From Pirellulales bacterium (lineage in GTDB: Bacteria; Planctomycetota; Planctomycetia; Pirellulales; JBFWUW01): DNA of 64,000 nt. The notes under the pieces are model-generated. The model was given only the letters and a program-made list of their open reading frames with translations. It searched no databases and was not told where the DNA came from. Positions 17,940 to 28,167 of the stretch are shown in pieces. Location: positions 37,492 to 101,491 of the forward strand of contig JBFWUW010000006.1 in NCBI GenBank assembly GCA_050247075.1, read 5' to 3'. A program made the position numbers and the translations under genes. Numbering within the stretch: position 1 is the first letter of the stretch; every line of letters starts with the position of its first letter.

Positions 17940-19853
17940 CTACGGCAGTTCCGCCAAAATCCGCCGGGCGCGGGCGACCAGGTCGTCCGCCCACGGTTTT
18001 TCCGCAAACAGTTCAATCACGCCGTGGCAAATGCGGCGGGCCTGTTCCGGCTCGTCCGTTTGCAAGTCCTCGGCCCGGTCGAGCCGTTGCTCCAGAAGGG
18101 TGATTTGCCCACTCGACAGTTCATCAACTTGCCGCTGCAAACGAATCACGCGGCGTTGCGCCAGTACCAGGCAACGCCGCGTTTCGTCACTCACATTGCT
18201 GTCCTGATAGAGGTCGATCAAGGCTTGCAGCCGGGCCAAGGCTTGTTCCGGATTGGTGTCGGCGCGGGAGATCGCCTCGGTGTAGGCTTGTTCCACGGGG
18301 GCCAGTTCCGCGTCTTTGTTGCGCTGCCTAGATCGCCGCTCTAGCCGGCGCTCTAGCTGCGCCAGAGTGATGTCTTCCCGGTAGCCTTCCAGCTCGCGGG
18401 TCCGCGGATCGGTCGGATAGTATTCCAGAAACAGGTTGATGTCTTGCTCCACATCCACCAACCGCTCCGGCCGGCCGTTCGTCGCGGAAATGCGGTCGTA
18501 CAGCGATTCCGCCGACGGCTTGTGCAGCCACTTCCACCACACGCCGCCGGCAATCGCCAGCACGATCGCCAACGCCCATATTGTGGCGGGTGAGATCACA
18601 CTGCCATCGGGATTGCTCCAGGACATTAGCCGGTCGCGGGCCAACTCGTCATCTTCCCGCACGCGCGTAAATTGGGTAGCAGGTGCTGCGCGTTCCGGTG
18701 GCGGCACAACCACCGACCGCGGCGGGCCAATTCGGCCTTCGGCATCGTCGGACACTTCTGTCGACATCGTCTCGCTAAAGTGGGCCTCGCGAGGGTGAAT
18801 TTCGGCCGGCGGCGCGACGTTGCGCGTGCTGACTTGGGTAGCGTCGGCGGTGGGAGGGACATCGGCCTCGCCCGGTTTGCGCGACGGTTGATTGGCCAAG
18901 GTCGAACCGTTGGCGGCCACGCGTTCGGCCCGGCGGGCCAGCCCATGCTCCATCGCCTCCAGGCGGCGGCCAAGAATCATGGCGCTGCGGATGCGCTTGT
19001 TGGGATCCTTGGCCAACAGTTCCGCGATGATCCCCTCCAATTCCTCGGGCGTGTCGGGCGCATAGCGTCGCACGGGGTCGGGTATGGCCGAGCGCTGCTT
19101 GTCCAACATCTCCACGATATTGCGGGCGACGAAAGGGGGCCGTTGCGCCAGCAGGGCGTACATCAGGCCACCCAGGCTATACAGATCGGTACGCGAGGTC
19201 GTGGGTCGGCCGTCGGCTTGTTCCGGGGCCATGTATTCGGCGGTGCCGACCACGCCGCCGGTTGCCGTCAGGCCGGTTGAACCAAACAGCTTGGCGATGC
19301 CAAAGTCCGAAAGCTTGACCTCGCCGTTGTTGGAGAGCAGCAGATTGGCGGGCTTGATATCGCGATGGATCACGCCGTGGTCGTGGGCATGCTTGAGTGC
19401 CCGGCACATGCGGATTCCAATGCGCGTGACCTCTTGCCAGTCAAACTTGCGGCCGGCCCGCAGTTCTTCCTCAAGACTGGCGCCTTCGACAAGCTCCATG
19501 GCGTAATAGCGGTACCCTTCCTGCTCGCCGTAGGCGAACAGCCGCACGATGTTGGGGTGCCGTAACTTTTTGAGGGTCTCTACCTCGGCGGCAAATCGCT
19601 CTCGAAAACCCTCCGCATCGGCCAAATGGACCGACAGGACCTTTACGGCCACCGGTTGTTCGGACTCGGAATCGATCCCTTCATAGACCGCCCCCATGCC
19701 GCCGCGCCCCAGCAGGCGTCCCAAGCGATAGGGGCCGAGTTGTTCAACATTCGACGGCACGATACGGCAATTCCGCGGCGAGGCAAAAATAGAAGAACCG
19801 TTGTCCAGCCAGCGGTACAAGCCCGCCGCCAACCGGCAACTCCACGATAGCAT
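17940..19853 (-). CDS. Hanks-type Ser/Thr protein kinase, single-pass membrane, helical C-terminal domain
   Basis: 637 aa. Contains LGRGGMGAVYEG...VAVKVL, HRDIKPANLLL, DFGIAK, YMAPEQ. One TM segment (IWALAIVLAIAGGVWWKW), then a helical repeat region. Confidence 0.9.
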   Translation of the reverse strand: MLSWSCRLAAGLYRWLDNGSSIFASPRNCRIVPSNVEQLGPYRLGRLLGRGGMGAVYEGIDSESEQPVAVKVLSVHLADAEGFRERFAAEVETLKKLRHPNIVRLFAYGEQEGYRYYAMELVEGASLEEELRAGRKFDWQEVTRIGIRMCRALKHAHDHGVIHRDIKPANLLLSNNGEVKLSDFGIAKLFGSTGLTATGGVVGTAEYMAPEQADGRPTTSRTDLYSLGGLMYALLAQRPPFVARNIVEMLDKQRSAIPDPVRRYAPDTPEELEGIIAELLAKDPNKRIRSAMILGRRLEAMEHGLARRAERVAANGSTLANQPSRKPGEADVPPTADATQVSTRNVAPPAEIHPREAHFSETMSTEVSDDAEGRIGPPRSVVVPPPERAAPATQFTRVREDDELARDRLMSWSNPDGSVISPATIWALAIVLAIAGGVWWKWLHKPSAESLYDRISATNGRPERLVDVEQDINLFLEYYPTDPRTRELEGYREDITLAQLERRLERRSRQRNKDAELAPVEQAYTEAISRADTNPEQALARLQALIDLYQDSNVSDETRRCLVLAQRRVIRLQRQVDELSSGQITLLEQRLDRAEDLQTDEPEQARRICHGVIELFAEKPWADDLVARARRILAELP

Positions 19854-19897
19854 GTCGTTGCCGCAAAGGCACGTTTATCGTGCTGGCATCCGCCAAC

Positions 19898-22027
19898 TCA
19901 GAATCCCCACGAAGCCATGAGCTGTCGTACCATGCCGGGGCCATCGATGGCCAGGATGACTGCTACGCCCATCAGAGATTCGCCGGCAATCAGCCCACTG
20001 GAAGCGGCGATGGTATGTTTCTCGGCAAATTCCGGCCGCGATTTGGCCAGCAGCCAGGCCCCCAAAGCCCCCAGGAACATCGATACCGAGTTAAACGCCG
20101 GGATCACGCCGGCCAGACCCAACCCAGTGGCCGAGGGAATGTACTTGCGATATTCCCTGGGCACGAATTCCTCACACAGGGTAATGATGATGCCCAACAC
20201 TCCTCCGATAGCCATCCCTAAGACGGCTCCCTGGGGCAGATTGTCGATCCCTTCCTTGAGAAGTTCCGCCACGCTCTTCCAGACCTGCGCGGAAGGGGCG
20301 GGCAAATCCTTCGTCCCCAGCTTATTGGGATCGGCCACGGCCATGTAGACAGGTACGCAGACGATCGTTCCGGCCAACACGCCAAACAGTTGCGAGATTG
20401 TCTGCATCCGGGGGGTGCCCCCCAGCAGATGCCCGCTCTTTAGATCGGTCAGCAGATCGGCCGAGTGCGAAGCGGCACCCGCCGTGATGGAAGCCGTCAT
20501 CAGATTGGTCGTGACGTTCGACGGAGAAATCACGCCGAAGGTCAACTGCGTGATCTTGCCCATCGCTCCGATGGGTGTGATATCGGTCTCGCCCGTGGCG
20601 CGGGCGGCGACGATCGACAAGACAAACGTTAGCAGCACGGCAATGATCCCCATCCACCAAGAGATTTCAAACAGAAAGTGCCCCAGCAACACGCAGGCCA
20701 AACCCGACAGTCCCGCTCCGATCAGAAACCAAGAACCGGGAACTTCGATGCCCGCCAAGGGATCGTCTTGAGACGGCTTGCCCCCCAGCAGCTTTCCCAA
20801 CCCACTGAAGGCCCTCAACACGGTGCGCCACTTCATGCCAAAAGCCAGCAAGCCCGATGTGACCATCATGGCGGTGGCGGGCCACAGCGTCCAAGAAACG
20901 ATATGCCGATAGCCACCGTCCGGATGGATGATGGCACGATTCATGAGAACCGGAGCCAAGATGCCGTAGTAGGCGAAGGCCCCAACCAAGAGCGAGATGC
21001 CGACGCGGATACCCATGATGGCACCCGCCGCGATCATGATCATCGACCCCTCGAAGCCCAACGTATAGCGGCCCATCAGCGTGCCGCCTCCCATGACACC
21101 GGGAAACAACCGGTGGATGGCCTCGGGATAAAAAGGAATCTCCCCTGGCATGGCCCACCGGCCCAAGGCTTCGCCCAGTTTCTCGCGGCCAGGAAACTTA
21201 CCGACCCAGCCCCAGAAAGCGGGCCAGCCGTCGCGCCAGAGCGCCACGAAGGCCCCCAAGAATGCCGCCCGCAGCAACGTCTTGGCCTTTTGCATGGCCT
21301 CTACGCCCGACGAGTGCATGCTGCGCAGCGTTTCGGCCGTGGCAATGCCCGTGGGAAAGGGCAATTTGTCGATGTTGATCAATTGGCGCTTGAGCGGGAT
21401 GGCCATGAACACCCCCAGCAACGAAACGGCGGCCAGCCACGGCATGATCTCCCACCAAGCGAGCTCCCGTTTGGTCAACATGACGAGCGCTGGAATGGCC
21501 GACACCAAGCCGGCGGAAGCCATGTAGCCGGCCGCGCTGGCCGCGCTCGACATAGTGTAGTTCTCAAGAATCGTGAAGTGGTTGTCGCGATAGGCTGGCA
21601 CGACTTTTTGCAACACGTTGAACACGGCATAGGCAATAATGCAGGCCGTGATGGTCACTCCCAGGCCCCAGCCGGTTTTCAGGCCCACGTACAGGTTGGA
21701 GATCGACATCACCCCGCCGATCAACATGCCGGTGACGATCGACCGTGGCGATAGTTGACGAATGTGGTCCCCTTGGTAGACATTGGCCAACCAGTCGCGG
21801 GCTTCCTGGTCGTGATCGACGGGCAGTTCCGGCAAGGCCGGTTCGCCGGCCGGTGATGGATAGGGTGACGGGCGAGGCGAATCGGCCGGTTGAGAATCGT
21901 CGGGTACGTAATCGTGATTCACGCGAGCAAGCTCCTCGGCGCGGCGGGCAGTCGATGAAATGATTCGTAGTGTAGCGTAGCCAGCGCGCGGCGGCACTAG
22001 CAGCCTAAGGCCAAGTATCAATCGCAT
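19898..22027 (-). CDS. OPT-family oligopeptide transporter
   Basis: 709 aa polytopic protein. Contains LSPRSIVTGMLIGGVMSISNLYVGLKTGWGLGVTITA, the typical OPT N-terminal core. The start codon is uncertain. Confidence 0.75.
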   Translation of the reverse strand: MRLILGLRLLVPPRAGYATLRIISSTARRAEELARVNHDYVPDDSQPADSPRPSPYPSPAGEPALPELPVDHDQEARDWLANVYQGDHIRQLSPRSIVTGMLIGGVMSISNLYVGLKTGWGLGVTITACIIAYAVFNVLQKVVPAYRDNHFTILENYTMSSAASAAGYMASAGLVSAIPALVMLTKRELAWWEIMPWLAAVSLLGVFMAIPLKRQLINIDKLPFPTGIATAETLRSMHSSGVEAMQKAKTLLRAAFLGAFVALWRDGWPAFWGWVGKFPGREKLGEALGRWAMPGEIPFYPEAIHRLFPGVMGGGTLMGRYTLGFEGSMIMIAAGAIMGIRVGISLLVGAFAYYGILAPVLMNRAIIHPDGGYRHIVSWTLWPATAMMVTSGLLAFGMKWRTVLRAFSGLGKLLGGKPSQDDPLAGIEVPGSWFLIGAGLSGLACVLLGHFLFEISWWMGIIAVLLTFVLSIVAARATGETDITPIGAMGKITQLTFGVISPSNVTTNLMTASITAGAASHSADLLTDLKSGHLLGGTPRMQTISQLFGVLAGTIVCVPVYMAVADPNKLGTKDLPAPSAQVWKSVAELLKEGIDNLPQGAVLGMAIGGVLGIIITLCEEFVPREYRKYIPSATGLGLAGVIPAFNSVSMFLGALGAWLLAKSRPEFAEKHTIAASSGLIAGESLMGVAVILAIDGPGMVRQLMASWGF

Positions 22028-22080
22028 TTCAAACCGACAGTATATCTACCGTTCTTCATAAGGCTGACAGGCTGCCCCCC

Positions 22081-23544
22081 ATGCACCCCATCGCCGCCAT
22101 TTCATGGGAAGACTTTCTGGCGATCTGGTCGCCCGTGGCGACGGCGGCCCACATTGCCTTGGCGACGTTTGCCTCGGCCCATGTCGTGCTGCGCAAACGC
22201 GACACGCGGGCGGCCATTGGCTGGGCCGGCCTGATCTGGTTCTCACCGCTTTTCGGAGCGGCCCTGTATTGGGGCTTTGGCATCAATCGAATTCGCCGCA
22301 AGGCCCATTTGCTGCGGGGGCAGCCTTATGGAAAGTTGCAGGCCGGCACCTTGGTCGGCACGGCATCCAGCTACCGTCAGGGGGTCGAAAAGATATCGCT
22401 GCTGCCGTTGGCCACACTGGTGGGGCACGTTACGCAATTGCCGTTGTTGGAAGGGAACCGGATTGAACTGCTGACCCAGGACGACGATCCGCACGGCCAG
22501 ATGCTGGCAGCAATCGACGCGGCCGAAAAGTCGGTGGCTTTGGCGACGTACATCTTTGATAACGACGCCACGGGCCAGCGGTTCGTGGAATCCTTGGGCC
22601 AGGCCGTGGCCCGCGGCGTACAGGTCCGAGTGCTGATCGACGGCATTGGCATGCGGTATTCCCGCCCTAACATCCTCCGCCGGCTGAGGGAACGGAACGT
22701 ACCGGTTGAACGGTTTCTTTACAGCATGATTCCATTCTGGTCGCCCTACTCTAACTTGCGCAACCACCGCAAGATTATGGTGGCCGATGGCAAACTTGGT
22801 TTCACCGGCGGCATGAACATCCGCCGGGCAAAATCGCCCGATGCGAAGGAATCAGACGGCGTACACGACGCGCATTTCCGCGTGGAGGGGCCGGTCGTGA
22901 GCCACTTGCGGCAGACTTTTGCCGACGATTGGCTATTTTGCAAAGAGGAAACACTGGCTGGCGAGGCGTGGTTTCCGCCGCTTGCGCCCCTGGGCCAGGT
23001 CGAGGCCCGCGGCATCCCCGACGGTCCCGACGAAAACGTCGATAAACTCCATCTGGCGATTATGGGGGCGTTGGCCTGCGCGCAGTCTTCGGTCTATATC
23101 GTCACGCCCTATTTTTTGCCCGACGCGGCGTTGATCTCGGCACTCAACGTGGCCGCGCTGCGCGGCGTGGCCGTGAATATCGTGCTGCCCAAGGTCAACA
23201 ATCTGGCCCTGGTGCAATGGGCCGCGACCGCCCAATTTTGGCAAGTCTTGCAACGCGGTTGCCGCGTCTGGCTTTCTCCACCGCCGTTCGACCACTCCAA
23301 ACTGATGGTGGTCGATCGAGCCTGGTCCCTGGTTGGATCGGGCAATTGGGACCCGCGCAGCTTGCGGCTGAATTTTGAATTCAATCTGGAATGTTACGAT
23401 TCCCAGCTCGCCGGGCAAATTGTACGGTTGATTGAGTCGAAGCTCCGCCGAGCGGAAGAGATCACCCTGGCGGAAGTCGATGGCCGCAGCCTGCCCATCC
23501 GCCTGCGCGACGGCCTGGCTCGGCTGCTTTCGCCCTATTTGTGA
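22081..23544 (+). CDS. cls: Cardiolipin synthase (phospholipase D family, two HKD motifs)
   Basis: 487 aa. N-terminal TM helices, then HRKIMVADGKLGFTGGMN and HSKLMVVDRAWSLVGSGNWD. Confidence 0.88.
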   Translation: MHPIAAISWEDFLAIWSPVATAAHIALATFASAHVVLRKRDTRAAIGWAGLIWFSPLFGAALYWGFGINRIRRKAHLLRGQPYGKLQAGTLVGTASSYRQGVEKISLLPLATLVGHVTQLPLLEGNRIELLTQDDDPHGQMLAAIDAAEKSVALATYIFDNDATGQRFVESLGQAVARGVQVRVLIDGIGMRYSRPNILRRLRERNVPVERFLYSMIPFWSPYSNLRNHRKIMVADGKLGFTGGMNIRRAKSPDAKESDGVHDAHFRVEGPVVSHLRQTFADDWLFCKEETLAGEAWFPPLAPLGQVEARGIPDGPDENVDKLHLAIMGALACAQSSVYIVTPYFLPDAALISALNVAALRGVAVNIVLPKVNNLALVQWAATAQFWQVLQRGCRVWLSPPPFDHSKLMVVDRAWSLVGSGNWDPRSLRLNFEFNLECYDSQLAGQIVRLIESKLRRAEEITLAEVDGRSLPIRLRDGLARLLSPYL

Positions 23545-23582
23545 GGCTGCGATGAATTCACTTCCTACAGCCCGCAGTTTGC

Positions 23583-26561
23583 TTGACAGCATGGCAGGCC
23601 GGGTTAGAGTCAAGCTCTCAGGGCTACAACCTCAAGGAATTGCTCGTGGCGCTTCGTTGCCCCTACTGCCAACACAGCCTGGCATTCAAGGATGCCAAGC
23701 CGGGCCGTTATGGACCTAAATGCCCCAAATGCGCCAAAAAGTTTGTGCTAGTGGTGCCGGCGGAAAAGGGGGCCGAACCAGTTGCCAGTCCGTTGCCAGG
23801 CGAGACGCCTGACGCCGCGCCCGCTTCCGGCAAAACGGCCGGCACGGTAGCCGACCGTCCCGCCGCCCAGCCAACCAACAGGGCGACTGTTGCGTCAACG
23901 AAGGCACCTTCAAATCCGCCGGCCATTACGCCCGCGCCAACATCGCCCGATGCCACGGGTGCCTGGAGCAATTCCCCCCCGGCCGACCCCAACGCCACCG
24001 GGGCATTCACCCCCACTACCGCCGCGACGGCCGCCCAACCGGCTGCCCCGGACCCCAACTCCACCGGTGCTTGGGCCACCCAAGCCGCCGGCGTCGACCA
24101 GACCATGGCGCATCAGCCGGGCCAGGCGACGGTGGAAGTGCGCTCGGGCAATAAGACAGACGCCGCCCGCGCGCACGGTGCGACGGTCGCCGGGGAAGCT
24201 TCTGCCTTGCCGGCGGACGTGCCCGCACAGCTTGGCGGTTATAAGATTGTCAAAGAGCTGGGGCGCGGCGGCATGGGTTCTGTCTATTTGGCCAAGCAGT
24301 TGTCTTTGGACCGCAATGTGGCGCTCAAAGTCATGCAGCCGCAATGGTCCCGCGATCCGGCCTTTGTGGCCCGCTTTACGCGAGAGGCGTACGCCGCGGC
24401 GCAGTTGGTGCATCACAACGTGGTGCAGATTTACGACATTGGGGCCGAGCGCGATACGAACTATTTCAGCATGGAGTTTGTCGAGGGACAGTCGATCTCG
24501 GACCTGGTCAAGAGAGAGGGCAAGCTCGATCCCGAGGTTGCCGTGGGCTACATCTTGCAAGCCGCCCGCGGGCTGAAGTTTGCCCACGATCAAGGGATGA
24601 TCCACCGCGATATCAAGCCCGACAATTTGATGCTCAACAAGCTGGGCATCGTCAAGGTCGCCGACTTGGGGCTGGTCAAAACGCCTACCGCCAAGGACGC
24701 CGCGGGCCAACCGTTGGACGAGGCCGCGCGGTCGAAGCTGCTGTCGCAAATTGGCAGCGACATGACCGTGGCCAACGTGGCTATGGGCACGCCCGCCTAT
24801 ATGTCGCCCGAACAAGGGACCGACGCGGCCCACGTCGACCAGCGGGCCGACATTTACTCGTTGGGTTGCACGTTGTACGTCATGGTAACCGGCCGGCCCC
24901 CTTATGAGGGCCGCACGGCATTGGAGGTCATGACCAAACACAAGACCGAGCCGATGGTCCGGCCCGAACTGTTGGTCAAGCGCCTGCCCAAGGAACTGGG
25001 GGACATCATCATGCAGATGACGTCCAAGCAGCTCGACAGCCGCTACGCCAGCCTGGACGAAGTCATTCTGGCCCTGGAGGGCTTTCTGGGCGTGCAAAAC
25101 GCCGGGCCGTTCACGCCCAAGGAAGAGCATGTGCAGGTACTGGAAGAGAGCGTCAAGGCGTTCAATGCCTCGCCCGCCGCGCGGCTCAAACCCAAGCTGG
25201 TCGCCGCCTTTCTGGGGCTTTGCGTATTGTTGTTTTTGATCCTGGCCGCCTTCAAGCTTAGCCTAGCGATCGGTGTAATCGGGCTGGTGGGCATGACCGC
25301 AGCGACCTATTTTTTGGCCAGCGGCGTCAAAGAACGGACGTTTCTGTTTGGCAAGGTTCGCGAACTCGTGCTGGGGAGCTCCTGGTCGGACTGGGCCACC
25401 TGGATTGTGGCGGGCCTGCTGTTTCTCACGGCGCTCTATGTACTCAATTGGCTGACGATTTGGGTCGCCTTTGGCATCGCCGCCGTAGGGCTTGGCAGCG
25501 CCTTCTACTTCATGTTTGACCGCCAAATACAAGTTCAACGGGCCGAGCCGGTCGAGCGGACCGAACAGTTGTTGAAGTCGCTGCGCGTTAAAGGACTGGA
25601 TGAACTGGCTCTGCGGCAATTTGTGTGCAAATACAGCGGCGACCGTTGGGAGGAATTCTTCGAAGCCCTGTTTGGCTACGAGGCGAAGCTTTCGGCCCGC
25701 GAATGGTCGCGGGGAGAACGGGGCAAGGCCCGCGAGAAGTTCCGCGCTTGGCGCGATCCGCTAATCACCTGGATCGACGGCAAGCAGCGGGCACGCCGCG
25801 AGGCCAAGGAAACAAAGCACTTACGGAAGGTCGAGGAGCAAGGCCTCAAATCACAAGGCATGACCATCGCCGAGGCACGTCAGCGGGCCGAGCGCACGGC
25901 CGAGGCCTTGGTGGGCCAGGCCGCCCAGATTCGAGAGACCGTTGTGGCCACCATTCCCGGCAAAGCGGTCGATCCGCAGCAAAAGCGGGCCGCCATTCGT
26001 GCCATGTTGGAAGCGGCCCACGACACCGAACTGGCCCCCAAGAAAAGCCCGCTGGCGGCCCTGATGTTGCCGTTATCGGTGGCGTTTGGCGCGCGGACAC
26101 GCTTTCTGTTGGGCGGCCTGTTGTTGGCGGGCTGCCTGCTGTGGGTAAGGCAGAATGGCCACGTCTTCAACGCCGAACAGTTGCAGAGCATCGCCGCCGA
26201 AGCCAAGCAATCGACCGAGAGCGCGATCGCAGCGGACGATGCGGCTATCGCCGCCGAGCAAGTCAAGGAACGCGTGGCCGCAATGTCCAACCAGCCGACC
26301 AGGCCGTTGGCCCTTCCGCTGTTTGGCGGCCTGTTCAACTCGTTCAACGCCGGCCTGGCGGGGCTCTGCCTGATCTGTTCCGCGATCTTTCCTGGGCTGC
26401 GGATTGCCCTGTTTGCTTTTCCCGCCGCGGCCTTGGCCTTGGTCGGCCATGCCTGGTTTGGCATACCGGAGTACACGCTCTTGTACACCGATTTGCCCAG
26501 CGCGGGCATCGGTTGCGGCATCATGCTGGCCGGCCTATTTCTGGGCCGGTCGCGGGCGTAG
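23583..26561 (+). CDS. Hanks-type Ser/Thr protein kinase with an N-terminal zinc ribbon, a Pro/Ala/Thr-rich linker and a C-terminal membrane domain
   Basis: 992 aa. Contains CPYCQH...CPKCAKKF, LGRGGMGSVYLAK...VALKVM, HRDIKPDNLML, YMSPEQ, and multiple C-terminal TM segments. The track start is TTG, so the true start is uncertain. Confidence 0.88.
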   Translation: MTAWQAGLESSSQGYNLKELLVALRCPYCQHSLAFKDAKPGRYGPKCPKCAKKFVLVVPAEKGAEPVASPLPGETPDAAPASGKTAGTVADRPAAQPTNRATVASTKAPSNPPAITPAPTSPDATGAWSNSPPADPNATGAFTPTTAATAAQPAAPDPNSTGAWATQAAGVDQTMAHQPGQATVEVRSGNKTDAARAHGATVAGEASALPADVPAQLGGYKIVKELGRGGMGSVYLAKQLSLDRNVALKVMQPQWSRDPAFVARFTREAYAAAQLVHHNVVQIYDIGAERDTNYFSMEFVEGQSISDLVKREGKLDPEVAVGYILQAARGLKFAHDQGMIHRDIKPDNLMLNKLGIVKVADLGLVKTPTAKDAAGQPLDEAARSKLLSQIGSDMTVANVAMGTPAYMSPEQGTDAAHVDQRADIYSLGCTLYVMVTGRPPYEGRTALEVMTKHKTEPMVRPELLVKRLPKELGDIIMQMTSKQLDSRYASLDEVILALEGFLGVQNAGPFTPKEEHVQVLEESVKAFNASPAARLKPKLVAAFLGLCVLLFLILAAFKLSLAIGVIGLVGMTAATYFLASGVKERTFLFGKVRELVLGSSWSDWATWIVAGLLFLTALYVLNWLTIWVAFGIAAVGLGSAFYFMFDRQIQVQRAEPVERTEQLLKSLRVKGLDELALRQFVCKYSGDRWEEFFEALFGYEAKLSAREWSRGERGKAREKFRAWRDPLITWIDGKQRARREAKETKHLRKVEEQGLKSQGMTIAEARQRAERTAEALVGQAAQIRETVVATIPGKAVDPQQKRAAIRAMLEAAHDTELAPKKSPLAALMLPLSVAFGARTRFLLGGLLLAGCLLWVRQNGHVFNAEQLQSIAAEAKQSTESAIAADDAAIAAEQVKERVAAMSNQPTRPLALPLFGGLFNSFNAGLAGLCLICSAIFPGLRIALFAFPAAALALVGHAWFGIPEYTLLYTDLPSAGIGCGIMLAGLFLGRSRA

Positions 26562-26592
26562 CCGAGGGCGGCTTGTTTGCTAAGATAGCCGC

Positions 26593-27279
26593 ATGCCTTC
26601 CATGATCGACGTTTTGTACGAAGACAACCATTTGCTCGTGGTCAACAAGCCGGTAGGGCTGCCGACAATGGGCGTTGCCGCCGATAAGCCCAGTTTGTGG
26701 GTGGCCGCCAAGGCGTACCTCAAGGAAAAGTATCAGAAGCCGGGCAATGTTTATTTGGGGACGGTCAGCCGGCTCGACTCCACGGTCTCTGGAGTTTTAC
26801 TGTTCGCCAAGACCAGCAAGGCCGCTGCCCGCGTGAGCGAGCAGATTCGTCACCGGCACGTCGAAAAGCTGTACTGGGCGTTGGTGCAAAGCCGCATTAA
26901 ACCGGCCGCTGGCGAGTGCGAGGACTGGCTCCGCGAGGACGACCGGCACCGTTGCGTGCGGTTGGTGCCCGAAGGCACGCCCGACTCCCGTTTCTGCCGC
27001 CTGTCCTATCGCACGCTCAACGCGACCGACCGCGTCTCTCACCTGGAGGTCTCGTTGGAGACTGGCCGCAAACACCAAATCCGCATTCAGCTCTCGAAGC
27101 GGGGGCACGCGATTTTGGGCGACCGCAAGTACGCCTCCAAACGGCCCTTTCCGGCCGGCATTGCCCTGCACGCCCGCACCTTGCGGCTGTTGCATCCGAT
27201 TGGCGATGTGCCGCTAGAACTGACCGCGCCGCCCCCTGGTTCGTGGAAGTCGTTCTTGGGGACGATGGAGAAGGGGTGA
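26593..27279 (+). CDS. RluA-family pseudouridine synthase
   Basis: 228 aa. Contains LLVVNKPVGLPT, VSRLDSTVSGVLLFAKT, GRKHQIRIQL. Confidence 0.85.
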   Translation: MPSMIDVLYEDNHLLVVNKPVGLPTMGVAADKPSLWVAAKAYLKEKYQKPGNVYLGTVSRLDSTVSGVLLFAKTSKAAARVSEQIRHRHVEKLYWALVQSRIKPAAGECEDWLREDDRHRCVRLVPEGTPDSRFCRLSYRTLNATDRVSHLEVSLETGRKHQIRIQLSKRGHAILGDRKYASKRPFPAGIALHARTLRLLHPIGDVPLELTAPPPGSWKSFLGTMEKG

Positions 27280-27288
27280 GCGTGGCTC

Positions 27289-28167
27289 CTAAAACACCAA
27301 CCGGGCCGCATCGAAGATGGGCCCCTCGACACAGGTCCGGCGATAGTCCCATGTGCCTTGATCGTCTCGGACGCGGGCCACGCAACTAAAGCAGATGCCT
27401 ATCCCGCAGGCCATTGGCGTTTCCAGCGACACTTCGCACGGCACTTGCCGATTTGCCGCCAGGCTTGCCACGGCCGCCATCATTTTCTCTGGGCCGCAAC
27501 AAACGATGCGGATGTCGGGCTGTTCGCCTGAGACATCTTCGTCCAAGACAGTTTGCAACAGGTCGGTGACAAGGCCGTGATGCCCAGCCGAGCCGTCATC
27601 GGTGCTGATGCGAACATCAACGCCCGCCGCTCGAAAATCTTCCACGCCGGCCAGTAGATCGGCCGCACGGGCCCCGTAGCACAGCGTGACGCGCGAAGCC
27701 AGCGGCGATTCGCGCAGGCCGTACCGGCGTTGGCCCAGGAACTCGCGAGCCAACGCCAAGAACGGTGTCTGGCCAATTCCACCCGCAACCATGACGACAT
27801 GGCCCGTCTCATGGAGCGGAAAGCCGTTTCCCAGCGGTCCCCAAACTTCCAACCGTTGGCCCGCGATGCAATGGGCCAAGCGACCCGTCATCTTGCCGAC
27901 GACCAGATAGACGACATCGATGGCCGCTGGCTGGCCCGCTTCGTCGTCGATCGTTTCGTACATGGCCAAGGGGCGCGCCAACAGGGGATCGTCGCAACCA
28001 GCCAGCCGCAGCATGATGAATTGGCCCGGTACTATGCGGCGGGCGATTTCCGGCGCGGCCAGCCGAACGCGGTACGTGTCGCGGGCCAGTCGCGTGTTTT
28101 CAAGAATTGGCACGCTGCCGTGCCAGGCTCGGTCGGCGTAGCAGGCGGCCGTTGTACTGGTACTCAT
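27289..28167 (-). CDS. pyrK: PyrK-like FAD/NAD(P)-binding electron-transfer subunit with a C-terminal [2Fe-2S] motif
   Basis: 292 aa. Contains PGQFIMLR, MVAGGIGQTP, and the C-terminal MACGIGICFSC...C. No pyrD lies adjacent. Confidence 0.75.
   Translation of the reverse strand: MSTSTTAACYADRAWHGSVPILENTRLARDTYRVRLAAPEIARRIVPGQFIMLRLAGCDDPLLARPLAMYETIDDEAGQPAAIDVVYLVVGKMTGRLAHCIAGQRLEVWGPLGNGFPLHETGHVVMVAGGIGQTPFLALAREFLGQRRYGLRESPLASRVTLCYGARAADLLAGVEDFRAAGVDVRISTDDGSAGHHGLVTDLLQTVLDEDVSGEQPDIRIVCCGPEKMMAAVASLAANRQVPCEVSLETPMACGIGICFSCVARVRDDQGTWDYRRTCVEGPIFDAARLVF

Noticed and set aside
26560-26580. A weak hairpin (AGCCG-aggg-CGGCT plus TGTTTG) after the 992-aa kinase, as a possible terminator.
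   Set aside because: The stem is only 5 bp and the next gene starts 13 nt later. The evidence is insufficient.
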